Made by a program: the position numbers and the translations under genes. A stretch of 63,610 bases of DNA, counting the filler, from Lenisia limosa (lineage: Eukaryota; Protista; Breviatea), in assembly GCA_001655205.1 (NCBI GenBank). It is 8 parts of 8 records of this genome, joined end to end, with 100 filler letters (N's around TTAATTAATTAA, not from the genome) between each part and the next. Parts side by side here need not be neighbours in the genome. Positions count along the whole stretch, not along the records: positions 1 to 1,250 come from LPNZ01003299.1; positions 1,351 to 27,959 come from LPNZ01011572.1; 6 more parts are not named here. One strand, 5' to 3'. The notes under the pieces were generated by a model. The model searched no databases, was not told the DNA's origin, and saw only the letters and a program-made list of their open reading frames with translations. Shown here in pieces: positions 1-13,500 of the stretch (the stretch's first letter is position 1; the number at the start of each line of letters is the position of its first letter).

Positions 1-175
1 AATAAATAGTTAACTGGCCTGGGATTGTACATGCAATAAATAGTTAACTGGCCTGGGATTTGTTTTTGTTGATTTCAACACTCGTGTCCCCAATACGCTT
101 CATCGAAATTGCCTTCATTTGATTTGGGGTTTTTTTTCATAAATGTTCTAATTTTATCCCCCCCCCCCTCCACAG

Positions 176-1471
176 CGCTACGTGGACAGTTCTGCCGGTG
201 GAGGATCTCTTTCAGGCTTTCTAATCCAGGTATGCTACGCTCAGTTGCTGTCATTCATACTTGAGCTTCACTTTCGGTTTCAAAAAAGACAGAATCCTCG
301 ATTAATCCTCGATAAATATCGATATTTTACAGGTGTTTCGGAATCGAAAGTGAAGCTCTAATTCATACCCTCACAAACTCACAAATGATTGGGTGAATTA
401 ATATGCTGAGGAAGCACACAGAAAGTTAGGTAAATGATGGCTGAAGTGTGATGGTGTAGACGGCTTCGGCCAGATACAACTTCTTTTTATTTCATCGTCT
501 CTAAGTATGTACGCTTATCGTGATAAGTCCTGACACGGGTATTAATCATCAGGAGTATGACAGCAAGTGATACACCGAGTTCCCCCGAATATGACTTACT
601 TAGGCCGTGCACGAACACCATGCTCTCATCGACATCACCCATTTACCGCGGGGTGTTAATACCGTTCTTAAGGTTATCGGGGTGGATGTGAGGCATTTTT
701 AAAGCCCACTCTTTGTGTATAGTACTGGCTTCGATTAGGTATGCATACAGTATATATACATGTATATATTATACATACTATATAGTATTTATCATATGAC
801 ATCTCTCAGTTGTTTTTTATATACCAGATAGCATATATCACCGTTCATAAATATCATATGTATTTTTTAACTAAATATGTTTTTTTTTTTTTCGAGAGTT
901 ATAAAAACAATGTTTGGTGTCCCAAAATGAATAAGTAAACCTAGTTTTGTAACAAATACACAAGTTACAAGATGTACATGATTGCTTAGGAGAAATTATA
1001 TTATACAAGAACACCTCACACAAGAGTTGTATCCTGAAACAGACTATTTAGATTGCTCCTCTGCGTCCTCTTCCACGACCACGAAATTGTTTTTCTAGGG
1101 ATGAACACAAATATAAAGTTGCTGACTTGCTCAAAAATGACTTTAAATCGGTTTTTGAGCACTTTTTTTTTGAAAAAAAAAAACACATATTTATGAACGA
1201 TGTGATATCATATAGTATATAATATATTATATAGTATTATATATATATATNNNNNNNNNNNNNNNNNNNNNNNNNNNNNNNNNNNNNNNNNNNNTTAATT
1301 AATTAANNNNNNNNNNNNNNNNNNNNNNNNNNNNNNNNNNNNNNNNNNNNCCCCCCCCCCCCCCCCCTAATCCTCCAGATCAAGACGTACTACAAGGCCC
1401 GTGACGCCTACGATCTTGCTGTCCAGGTCTATCTCAAGGACCACGACCTCACTGAGCTTCCCAAGCTCTAG
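176..1471 (+). CDS. 3' end of a multi-exon gene of unknown function (exons 176-229, 604-672, 1379-1471)
   Basis: Three AG/GT-bounded phase-0 exons give RYVDSSAGGGSLSGFLIQ / AVHEHHALIDITHLPRGVNTVLK / IKTYYKARDAYDLAVQVYLKDHDLTELPKL*. A linker gap lies between exons 2 and 3, so that join is inferred. Confidence 0.6.
261..360. mobile_element. hAT-type MITE (subfamily A), 100 bp, 8-bp TSD attcatac
   Basis: Terminal inverted repeat (t)tgagcttcactttcg...cgaaagtgaagctcta, flanked by direct repeat attcatac at 253-260 and 361-368; intronic. Confidence 0.85.
382..495 (+). repeat. Dispersed intronic hairpin element (family C), rearranged copy
   Basis: Shares aatgattgggtgaatta, gcac(a/g)cagaaag and gtgatggtgt(a/g)gacggcttcggccagatac plus a T-rich tail with copies at 28583, 28840, 47047 and 60199. 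Confidence 0.8.
760..1235. repeat. Degenerate inverted-repeat (MITE/foldback-like) element in an intron
   Basis: atatcaccgttcataaatat...tttttttt (~835-895) is approximately the reverse complement of aaaaaaa...atatttatgaacgatgtgatat (~1170-1210). Confidence 0.35.
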
Positions 1472-2535
1472 ACTGATTTATTGCCGATAGTGTTTAGATT
1501 TAGCTCTGCACTTTATCTTGGTTACCATATTGAATAGAAAGCAGAGCATATCCCATTACTGCTAGTTGTTGTTGAATTGCCTTGTCAAGTGAGTGATTTC
1601 AAATTGATAAATTGATTGAGGTCTGATTGAGGTGCCATAAAAAAGCCAACAAGTAAATACGAGGGTTTGCATGATCATTAGATCTACCCAAATAAGAAAA
1701 TCTCAAAAAGCACATTCTAATCCAGTTTAATCTGTTCCTCATAGTTATATGAATTTATGAAGGTTCAATGAATAATAAAAGAGCAATTTGACCCCGATAT
1801 AAGTCGTCCCCCTTGTCCGCCCGCTGTAACCCTCTGCTCTACAAAAGAAACTGGTATCTGGGCCCAACCATGGAGTAACATTGGCAAATCTAAATATCGA
1901 CTTGATGGATAGCTGGGTTTAACCGGTACAACTTTGTACTTTGGACTGAAGTTGGAAGCAAAGATTATGATGAGAATTTGCAAAGCTAACCTTTCTGGAA
2001 CAATAGCTTCAATTCATATTGACAAACCTTCTAAGAGATGGGTTTCTTGCTTCATTGTTCCCAATTTATCGCTATTCTAACGATATTTATTCTAATAATA
2101 CACCTCTCTCGAGAAGCAATGAATATGTGTATGTTTCTGCTTCCCGTTTCCAGTATCAAGTACTATTCAACTAACCTTTGCCAGAGATGGTGACCTAAAA
2201 TGAACCCCCTCGCATTGTCACTTCCTTTAAATTCCCCAAAACCACCGTAGGTTTTTTCAAACGGAGGGAGACAACTGACTTACGCTTTTTTTTTTTTAAT
2301 ACCCTTCTACACTTTTTTCTTAGTTGATATGAGAGATTATAGATTAGAAAAACAGTGCTGCAGAAGAGCATAACTTACTATTCTCCTCTAATTACACCAG
2401 CTTCTTACAACATCCCCCCTCACCCATACGCACTGTCAACATCCGCCATCTCCCTTACTTGTCAACATCCGCCATCCTCCAACTGTCCAGTACCCGGTCA
2501 ACTTCACTCGCATGAACTAATGATATTTAGGCCTC

Positions 2536-4860
2536 GCTACTTCCCTTCCTCGCCAAAAACCGAAAAACCGAAGGTAAAAAAGGGGGAGAAGGTGTAGATT
2601 TATATCTTCTATAGTAATATATAGCTGTATTTTATGACACGCGAACTGGGTTATAATGAAGATAAAATCCTAAGACTCTACAGAAGCCCAACAATATACC
2701 ATCTTTACAAGTTTCAATGGGTGTATTACCCATCTGATGATTCATTTCTATTGTTGATTAAGATTCAGGGAAGTTCACAAACGCTATCAAGTGTTCCTCG
2801 CCTCAACTTTGCAAATAGAACAGCTCCAGCTTCACTGTATGGATTATATTAACTTCTGACAGTGTTCACTTTTTATGTTTGAAAAATATTGAGGTACATC
2901 AATATAATTGCACAATAAATCTCATATATTATTTGATGAATTCAGTTTCATCTTAGGTTCGTCTTGTCTTTTTTTTATTTTTTTTATTTTAGCCTTTTGT
3001 ATTGTTTATTTCACCGCTTCTTCCTTTTCTGGTTTTTCTTTTCTCACACCTCAACCCAGACAACGAACTAAGGCTCCAGCATCCCCTAGAAAAGGAGCAT
3101 GTTTGAAAGGGAGAGATAATGCAGGCAAATCCCCACGAACCCCCAGGAACAAACATGTGAGTTCTCAATTCCGTCCATTATTCCCAGTTGCCTACGTTCT
3201 CAAGAATAGTAGACATTATGTTAAATGATATTTTTCTGCAGTAGTACTTCTAATTGTAATATGTCTTGCATGAACACAAAATCATCATAATACGTTCCAT
3301 GGCAGACATAAACAGGAAATGATAAAACTTTCTTTCTTATTTCTATGTTCCTATGGATTCTATTTCGGTCACAATACCACTCACGTATTACAACTATTTA
3401 TTGGGATTCTTTTGTGAGATCCAATCATTCTGGAAATCAAAAGCCTACAACATTTCTGATCAATATAGGCTTGGAGTAACACGGGGTGGGGAGCGGATAA
3501 GTGGGGAGGAGCCCTTCGGTTAGTTGATGACACGTTTGGAGGAAACATCACACCATCCGGTGCTATTACGCGACTGTCCAAGCCGAAGCCTGAGGTAAAG
3601 CAAGTCGCGGAAGTGTCTCTTATTCCGACAGTGACGTCATCGGTGGATGTGAGAGGGATTTTTACAGTTACAAGACCTTCAATTTAAATTTAATCTTAAT
3701 CTCATTCTTCTTATTTCCTGAATTACGACTTCCAATCGCTGTACAACACAGTTGTTACTCTTGATTTTTAATTTTTGCATTTGAGATTTTCCACTCCTAA
3801 TTCATCGTGTCCAAAAGAAAAAGAGTTACCCCGCGTAGGCTGCCATCCATCCCGGTACGACCAGGAGGAAGATGTCAGCTGAAGGCCTCGGGGCCTGGCC
3901 GAGTTACAACGGACCAAGGAAACGGCTCACTCGCGAACAGTCTCAATCGGGCAGCTTATCACAAGGTTAGTGGGGGGGGGGGGCTTAAGATCAACTGATG
4001 ACATATACCATCCAGACAGTATAACAACCGAGTGGGGGAGTCTGATTAATTTTATTTTCAAAAATTGTACGCAATGGGGAAATTAGGAGTGGATTGTTTT
4101 TGATATAATACATCTCCTCTTCCTTTCTAATTTAGTGAAACCGTTGTGAAAGATTCAGGAAATGGCAATACATAAGGACATCAGTATAAGAATCTAGTAC
4201 CTGGAGTATTGACGATACTTTGGTATCCAAAAAGAGAGAACAGATTGCTACGGCTCCCGGTAGCGTCCATATAACTCTGAAAGTTGAAACTCCTAAAATC
4301 CGGTTTCAAAAATATATCAGTTCAAATTAATGAATGATGAAAATGGAAAAGCGATAACAATAGTTTCACGTAAAAAAAAGAGTAAATCCACCCCAGAAAT
4401 TTTCCCACTGCAGAAACATTTTTCCCATCTCCTCCAGAACCCACGTATAAAACTGCTTGGCAGCACTTTTTACCTCCCTCTTGAAAGATCATGCAGAGTA
4501 CGTCCTGAAGCCACCGCTACAAAGGTGGCAAAACCTTGCTGTCGAAAGCGTCTAAAAATGTGACATGGTAAAATAAATACCATAAGCAGCCTTGCTTTGG
4601 AGGATCTTGGCAAGTTCAAAAAGCATGTCGATCTGAGGAGCCTTGCTGAGGAGCAATCTCTACAAATGGATTAATATCGGAACGAGAGAATTCTATCTGT
4701 AATGGCATCTTGTTTGGTTTTAGAGATCGAATCCGATACTGCTCCAGGAGGGCGGAGGGATTTGGAACGAAATCATGTTTCTTGCGATGACACTCACGAA
4801 CTCTGGTAATACCATAAGGACTTTTTCTGAGAGTGTCATTCTCCTCTTTAGCTATCATTT
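2536..4860 (+). CDS. Probable low-complexity N-terminal exons, possibly of the downstream cNMP-binding gene
   Basis: Several AG/GT-bounded open segments (QRTKAPASPRKGACLKGRDNAGKSPRTPRNKH; DDTFGGNITPSGAITRLSKPKPE; MSAEGLGAWPSYNGPRKRLTREQSQSGSLSQ). Phases could not be fully reconciled. Confidence 0.35.
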
Positions 4861-5159
4861 GAAAAATGGGGGGGGGGGGGNNNNNNNNNNNNNNNNNNNN
4901 NNNNNNNNNNNNNNNNNNNNNNNNNNNNNNNNNNNNNNNNNNNNNNNNNNNNNNNNNNNNNNNNNNNNNNNNNNNNNNNNNNNNNNNAAAGACAAGTCCA
5001 AAACCTTTCCCTGGACTGCTGGGAACACTCATTGCTATGTATTATTACTACTAGCTTATTTACCATTCGTTTGTCAACGACTTGATTTTGGCTTATTCTT
5101 TTTCGGTCCTATCACCACGCCTTTTAGTATTTTCTCTTTTTACTCTTCTTACATTAAAG

Positions 5160-8100
5160 GACCGAAACCTCCCTCTTCCTCAAAACTGTTCAACACCGAC
5201 AATATCCTGGAGCTGAGCCTCGAAGATGATGTCAATAAAGATAGCGAAGACGGTGATTTATCAAGGTGAGAGGAGGGGTTTCGTCTTTTTGAAAAATAGA
5301 AAAAAAAAATTCAATGAAGCCCCTCATTCATTCATGTATATAGTCTTGATATTTTTTTTCATCTTATGTTAACAGAATCAGTAATCAACCTCAGGTTTCT
5401 TCACCAGTCTTTCATCACTGATTTCACGCATGTAGTCTGGACGGCTCTTCTGAAATGCTGAAATCATCTGAGTATCTCCCGCCGTCATCCACGTCAATTG
5501 ACGAGGAACGAGTTCTGTACACAGACGTCGGCGAAATGCACCTTCGAATCCCGTGTTTGCTTCATGTTGGTGTCTCGAAGAAGACTATGGTAGGCTTCTT
5601 ATTTGTTTAACCAAATAGACAGATTTTTGGATATTTTTGGTAAATGTTGAGAGCTTGCCTTCACCACTTCCATTCTTCACTTCCCAGGTCAATATATCCA
5701 AGGGAGTTGATGCCTTTACCAAATTAGCGTAAGTTATATCTATTACAGTAGTAGCATATTTTTATTACAATGGTTAATGCCCAAAAAAATTTGCCTCATG
5801 TAATATTCTGTGTCTTCGTTCACAAAAATAACCAGCTCAATATCAATATTTTTTTTTTGGAAATTCAGTATGCTTGCGACCATAGGGAAGCCCTCTGTCT
5901 TTAATATTTACGAATTTACTAATATTCAATATGATATGCATTGACAATTTTCTAATATCTTCATTTATGTTGTGGTAGTGGTGGTGGGGGTCACTATTGT
6001 CTTAAGCAATACTCACAAACCCAACATCATATATAACTTCTGTGATCGTATCCCTAGACTGACACCTGCTGAACTGAGCACTGCGGCAGCGGAGGTCGAA
6101 GAAATCATGTATCCTGGTATGTGGTCAGTTGAGATTGCTTTTGGGGGAGGCAATATGAGAGGGAAAATACGTGTAGTATTGCACGGTTTTCTTCTTTTTT
6201 TTTTTTTCAAAGTAGGGCGTGATATTTAAGTATTATTGTATTTCTTTTGATTCTGTAGCGAACTCCATTGTGTTTAAACAAGGCGATCTGGGGCAGCTTT
6301 GGTACGTCATTCGAACCGGAAAGGTAGGTAAAGTGTTTCATGAAGGATAACCATTTATTACTCGTTTTTTTTTTATATATACAGTATATACACTGTATAT
6401 CGGCTTCACATTTGCTTCACAGTACCTTCCTAAGTGACTTTTTTACCAGCAACTCATTGTTATACAAGCTAAAAACATCAACGAGAGAAAGTTAACACTT
6501 ACCATTATTTCTTATTTTGAAGGTGGTGGTGCTGATGCGTCGAGCCAGAGATCCCAAAAACCCTGAACAAATCCCCCCATCGGACAGTATCACTACCCTT
6601 GGCCCTGGGAAAGCTTTTGGAGGTTAGAATGTAAATATTTGATGCATACTCACTTAACAATGCAAGAAGCCTTCTTGCGAAATATAATGTTGCAGAAATT
6701 GCTCTTCTCAAGGACTCGCCCCGCACCGCTTCGATTTGCACTCTCAAGCCCACGACTTTCCTAACCCTGACTCGGGACATTTACGACCGTTTGGTCAGAT
6801 CGTCGCAAGAGAAAGAGGTGGGACGTTGAATGCGGGCCTTGATGAGCATTTAGAGAAATTACCCAGTTTTTAAGAAATACAGTCTGATCAAAGAACAATC
6901 TTAAGAGACTATATCATGTATACATATCATATGATATGTATACATTTCCATTTTGTATTCCCAACGTTCACAAAAGAATGAATTTATCGATAAATATCGA
7001 TATTTTACTTGTCTTTTTCGGACCATAGAGAAGCACTTACTACTATAACCTCTGCCGCAAAGCTCAAAACTATTAATAATATTACTTAATAGGCAATGTG
7101 AGACTGACTTGGCATTAACTCAACTCACTGTTTTAGGCACGGAAGTGCTTTCAGTTCTTTTTGACCCACCCGAGTTTGGACAATGTTCCCAATGATCAGG
7201 TCTGCACCCAAAAAAGAAATACCTTATACATCGCACCTAACCAGTTGTACACAAGTACTGTATCAAAAAGTTCATAAATGGTGTCCTACGTATTGAAGTG
7301 GTATTGTTTGAAACAGATTCACGCAAATCGGGTTGTTGGGAAGAGACAAGCTTTGGAAGGATAATCCCTCATGAGAGCAGAATATTCAATTTGTTCGATA
7401 CCCTTGGGATATTGTTAATGCCAATCACCCTCTCTATTTTTCTAATGACATAGGTTGCGGCACTCTCCAATTTGGTTTCATTCCGCTCAGCTGAACAAGG
7501 TGCTCCATTATCCTGGTGAAACTTTTTTTTTTTTTTCATATTGCTAAATATGGAACATTAGTTACACTTTGGACTCGGTGTAATTCATTGAAATGCAACA
7601 TTTGAAGTGAGGCCTATTGTCATGCTCCATTTCAAGCACCTTATTCAAATTTTTTCAATTAATTTCTTCAAAAAAATAATTGCACGGAGTCGTAGTTACA
7701 CTAGTTACACTTGTTACACTTGTGATCATAATATGTATAGTTCATTTGAATTGTGGAGCTACAAATGAGTTACCTCCTATTGGAGAAAACCTCTCACATT
7801 CCAGGCGAAGTCGTGTGCAGTCAAGGGTCCCCTTCACCAGGACTTCTTCTTATCAGAACGGGTTTGCTATCCTTCTTTTTGCCCGGTAACCCACAAAAAT
7901 ATTGCAGAATCCTCCCAAATATCCAACACACAAAATGCTTGGGGTTTTTTTTGGCAAGAATGATTGTATGCTCATCCTCCAGGTTGCTGCGATATATTGA
8001 AGAAGATGACCATGCCTCAGGATGCGTTTGAAGGAAACCCGAGTGTCGGCATCTCGCCCCGACCTGCTGGTAACAGAATCTCAACAATCAAAGTGAGAAC

Positions 8101-9960
8101 TGCCTCACATTCATTTCATTTTTTCACTTGAATTGTTAAAACAGTCTGATCAAGATGCTCTTTTTGTTTGATATAGAACATTCACAATTTAGATTGGAGT
8201 GTTTTCACCAGAGTATTTCTTCAATGTTCCGCGTTCAATGACCGTAATTACTCCCGATGCCACTGTGAGAGGATCTTCAAAGAGCAATGGGTTTAGGAAT
8301 AATCTAATTATCGAGAAAAGACTGAATCAGGGAATCAGCTACAACAATGAAGAGCAATTTTACAGTATATTATTTGTTGATTGGGTAATGTAAAACATTA
8401 TGAAACCATATGTGAAGAACCGCCTATAATCGTCATTTACTTCAACATAAAACTAGGGCTTCACTTTGGTTGGAAAAAGACTGATAAAATGACGATATTT
8501 ATCGAAGATTTATCAGAAATTCTATATTTTTTGAATCTAAGTGAAGCTCTACATACACCCATTATACAAACACTCTTCACCCCGTAGTGGCCAGCCACCC
8601 TTCGTGTCTCCAGTAAGTCGGCGGAAGTAGCCGTGCTGTCGCATGCTGACTTCAGTCGTTATGTTCACCCAACGACCAAATCGGTGGGTTATCCCCTTCT
8701 CCAGACCAATTCCCCCTCATAACCTTCCATACCCCTTCCATTTCTCTTACTATTTTCCAGATTTGAGAGCATAAAATATAGAAATATGACGGTACTATTA
8801 GTTTTTTTGATGATTGTTTTCGTTTTTCGCTTGGGTAACTTGAACACAATCTGTACATACTTATCCAAACTATCATATAAGCGTGATGATGTGACTCAGG
8901 GACTGCATTTGATGACTCACCTCTACGTTTTAACCTAAACATCCATGTCTTTGAAACAATAGTCTTACAACTAACATTGTAGGGAATGTACAAAGCATCT
9001 TTTTCAATGCCTTCAGAGGAGAAATGCCTTGAAATGCTGAAAATACAAAAAGAGACAAAATCGTGGCAGAAGGTGGGAGTTAAAGGTGTTCTGAAACCCA
9101 AACGGTGAATACTCCCAAGCTTGAATCTCATCTTTGCAGTATAAAGACGGGTTGCTCTCCCCAATCCTGCAGGAAAGACCTGAACCTGTGTCACCCTGGG
9201 TTCCCCCCTCAGCGTCAAAAGTACTCTTCCCCCCTATCAAGGTTGGGAAAGCTTATTTGGCAAGATTTTTAGAATGTGTAACAAGTTTTTTTGAATTTGT
9301 AAAAAGTTATGCTTATTTATAATATCATCAATATCTAAATATTTTCTCGCAATAACTCAAACCTATGAGCAATATATTCATATTTACCATCTCATATAGT
9401 ATATCATAATCCCAAAATTCAGAAGCGTTACTCATTTTATTCCTTAGCCTCCCCGACGAAAAACGGTTTCGGCTTCATCTTCCCCTCAGTATAACGCAGA
9501 AAGCTCTGCCAGTGGTGCAATGGTCTGCTGCTCTGTTTAATGGGATAAATGGATATAAAGAGCTAATTGTATGGTATTCCTTTCTAACAATGTTTCAATC
9601 TATCATATAGACAAATCGGCTCGTATCGCCACTAATTTACCCTTTTCGCAGACTTTAGTCCAAGTTGGCGACTTTGTCCTTCGAAAAGTGATAGAGCCGA
9701 GCGGGGAGTTGCCACACGTTCAAGAACGGAAGAATCTGCTTTCACAAACTCGACCCACTGCAGCACAATTACCAAAAAGGTACACTAGAGTGTCATTATT
9801 ATACTTCATCAGATCAAGAATATTTCAAAAATGAACTCCACGTATGGTGAATGATTATTTGGATGGCATATGCTGCTTCACTGACTCTTCAGCCATCGTC
9901 AATACGATAGCTGATGTGAAGTCCTTGTTTTATGTCAGACTCGAGTGGAGTCATAATGGT
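5160..9960 (+). CDS. Protein with two cyclic-nucleotide-binding (cNMP/CNB) domains; multi-exon
   Basis: Spliced exons read ..EEIMYPANSIVFKQGDLGQLWYVIRTGKVVVL..TTLGPGKAFGEIALLKDSPRTASICTLKPTTFLTLTRDIYDRLV (classic CNB motifs, ~6059-6824). A second, more diverged repeat reads VAALSNLVSFRSAEQGEVVCSQGSPSPGLLLIRTG...ATLRVSSKSAEVAVLSHADFSRY (~7454-8680). The 3' end is uncertain. Confidence 0.8.
6952..7038. mobile_element. Degenerate hAT-type MITE (subfamily B)
   Basis: Internal aatttatcgataaatatcgatattttac core, and right end ggaccatagagaagcact resembling ggaccgtagggaagccct. Confidence 0.55.
8454..8551. mobile_element. hAT-type MITE (subfamily A), 98 bp
   Basis: tagggcttcactttgg...ctaagtgaagctcta; imperfect TSD cataaaac/catacacc; intronic. 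Confidence 0.75.
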
Positions 9961-10568
9961 GATGTATTTATTTAATGTTTCATTTGACGGGTTTCAAAAA
10001 CTAAAGAACCATCGGCAGCTTAAAACAAACGCTGATTTTGGGTGTTTAATTTGGGGGGGTTCAGCGTTAGGGGGGTTTTGTCTTTGGGTGTTTTTGTGTA
10101 TATATGTGTTTAATGTTGGGGTTTCAAAAGGTTACTCCACCCTTGAAACCTGAGTTTTAATTTTTAACTCGATTGATCGTCACTCGAAAGGAGCTTACAC
10201 AGTGTGTACGGCTATCAGTGTAATCTGTGCCTGACTAATTGCACCTCTCTTCTCCTAAACGCTCACCTGCCTACGTACCTCTGCCCCAATATGTCAATCA
10301 TTTATCTTTGCCTTTTTCAGACACACAGAAGTTTGGCCGAAAAACACAAAAAAGGAAAAAATAATTTGTATTTAAGTGTATTTCAAAATGGAAATGGTGA
10401 ATGGTCTTTTGTGTATAAGTGTGTTGTCGTGTGAAAAAAAGACGATGCAGGGAAAGTGGGAAAATTCAGGGGTGCGCATTTACAAAAGAAATATTTTGAA
10501 TAATAACCCTAATGTACAAACATTGAAACACAAAATGCCAAAAAAATAAACGAAAGAGAAACAAAACA

Positions 10569-13500
10569 CTAATGCTTCTTCTTACACAGATTTCCTGTGT
10601 TACCAGCAGGGCCGAAGAGTGACAGGCAAGCAGGGTAGAAGAGCATGGCTACGAGCAAAGAGAAGAAGATTGTGACGAAGATCACAATACCAAACTAAAC
10701 AGGTCAGTTGAATATTCCTGGTGAATCATTTTAAGAAAGAGTTAATTGAAATTGCCCTCCTCACAATTTTGAAGAACTGAATTTCGGGCCAGTTCAGGAA
10801 GCTAATGGCACCCAAAGTTGAGAATCCGCCAGAGACAACAGACACACTAGTGGTCAGAGAATAAGAGAAGATTACGAGAAAAAAAAAAAAAAAAAANNNN
10901 NNNNNNNNNNNNNNNNNNNNNNNNNNNNNNNNNNNNNNNNNNNNNNNNNNNNNNNNNNNNNNNNNNNNNNNNNNNNNNNNNNNNNNNNNNNNNNNNNNNN
11001 NNNNNNNNNNNNNNNNNNNNNNNNNNNNNNNNNNNNNNNNNNNNNNNNTGTCCATCCTAAGGTAATCTGATTCAACTACCCCCCACCCACCCCCAGCATA
11101 CCCAACGTTGGTGAGGGCAGCGTACGTTCGTTCTAGTCGCGTTTCCCCACCCTCAATGTAGGCATGCCTAAAGAGTAAAAGTGTAAAAAGAACCAACTCA
11201 CTCTTTACACTAACCCTCAAAATTCCTAAGAAGATATTATCTAATTAAACCTTCCCTCCTCAGACCATCCCTTGTCACGACACCCCTCATATAAAACAAC
11301 AAACTTCACAAAATATCACTCCCCCTTACGATATATGCAGGGTAGCATCTACGGCAAGCCCGACCACCATCACCAGAACTGGAAGGGGGGTAAAATTGGA
11401 AAATATATGGAAAAAAAAAAAAAAATAGCAAATATTTGAAATTCACTTATTGTACGGACATGTTGCCTACCAATGGAAATAATGATATCAAGTTTGTAGT
11501 CGAGGAGTACAACCATTCCCATGACAGCAACAACAATTAGCTAAAATGTGAAAGTCCGTTTGGAGGCGAACAACACAACAACCGCAAAATAATAACAAAA
11601 AAGACCCCTCCCTACACTCATCATCGAAATCGCAATACCTGAAATGGCAATGTTGCGAGTGGCCAAAACTGCCAAGTTAGTAAGCAATTTTGACTGGGGG
11701 AAAGAATATTCAATGGTACACTTCTAAAATATTGATTTACCCTATCATTTACCCCCCCCCCCCAANNNNNNNNNNNNNNNNNNNNNNNNNNNNNNNNNNN
11801 NNNNNNNNNNNNNNNNNNNNNNNNNNNNNNNNNNNNNNNNNNNNNNNNNNNNNNNNNNNNNNNNNNNNNNNNNNNNNNNNNNNNNNNNNNNNNNNNNNNN
11901 NNNNNNNNNNNNNNNNNNATGAGCAACTTAACCAGATTGTCCAAATGACCCACTGCAAAACCTTGATAACCGAATATTGCCTGAAACATTTCAACAGCAC
12001 CATTCTACAGCAATCCTGTATCCCCCACAACCCCTGCTCACTCTGGACAAAGAAGTACGAAAACGCGAAGTTATCGGTGAAGGTTAGGGAGACGTGTTTG
12101 GAGACAGCCACGCATCTAGGATGTTGCATAGTATTGGCGATGAAAGCCTCCCATTCGTCAAAGAGATCAATTCCCTTGTGGTACTCCTCCTATGTTGTAA
12201 AGGATACACGGTATAATTATCTAATGTGATGGAGAAGGTACATAAAGTGTTCTGTGATGTTTTTTGAAAGAATATCATATCATCAAGTCATTTCTATGGA
12301 ATTTTGGTGTGGTGAACGCAATGTTCGCATAGTGTGGTCTTTATGCATATTGAACAACCCGCTTGAGAAACCAACACTGATCAGTTTTCACTTATAAGTT
12401 AGTTATTTTTTCAATACTGCCGCTCTCTTAGCCTCAACCTATAAATTATTACACCCCCCACAAACACCCCCCACAAACAGTGGCTTTGAACGTTGTCTTG
12501 AGTTCCATGTGGATGAAGCGCAAAACAACCTCCCCGGTTGCGATGGTCTGAATTATAAGTAAATACGTGCGAATATATGTGTCTCTTTACACATGAGAAA
12601 TCAGTCTAGATTGATTTCAGAGCCAATCAGTAACGCATACCTCCTTATGCACAAAACGTCCAAAGTAGAGTTTGTTACTGCCTGTAAGCCAATTGTCAAG
12701 TTTCTATAGAGAATGAGAGACGAGGTACACAAGGAGGTATGAACATACTCAAGAATAATGATATATACATGTATATATACATATATTTAGCAATGNNNNN
12801 NNNNNNNNNNNNNNNNNNNNNNNNNNNNNNNNNNNNNNNNNNNNNNNNNNNNNNNNNNNNNNNNNNNNNNNNNNNNNNNNNNNNNNNNNNNNNNNNNNNN
12901 NNNNNNNNNNNNNNNNNNNNNNNNNNNNNNNNNNNNNNNNNNNNNNNNNNNNNCTATATTAGGTGGTGTGATTCGACCATCCCCCCCTCCATCCGATCAA
13001 ATGGGGTACTCTTGAAATTTCTCTTGTATCACCCTTTTCTAAATCCTAACACAAACAAAACTACAATCAACCAAAGCGCTCTACTGTCCTCCAATAGTAA
13101 TAATAGGAGTAAAAACTATCAGACACCCTGCACTATCACAGCCCTCTGACAGAGGTGAAAACAGCTTCATCAGCGTCGTCACCGGTGATAGCGTCCCACT
13201 CAACCTGGGTCATGGAACTCTGTATTGTAAGCTGTTGGCTGAAAAGAAATATATTGAAATTTATGATTGTAGAACTAGAAGATTATTGAAAGCGTTTAAC
13301 TAAATAAGGAAATGGGAGTGTAAAATGTGGGAAGAGAACAGCAGAATCCCCCAGAGCTATCACCTTCATCAAGTGTATTGATCAGTAAACTGACAATATA
13401 GCTGATAGAAAAGCAACAGGCGTTATAAAAGACCAAACGGGAGTAGACAGGGTTTTGACTGACCTTAAACGCCGCCAAAAAGCTCTTCAAGCTGTATTCA

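Noticed and set aside
1740-2300. Long nearly open frames on both strands suggesting a decayed transposase
   Set aside because: No DDE, reverse-transcriptase or other recognisable motif, and no termini; left unannotated.
5100-6350. Open minus-strand frames with apparent splice sites
   Set aside because: The plus strand yields unambiguous cNMP-binding motifs over the same region.
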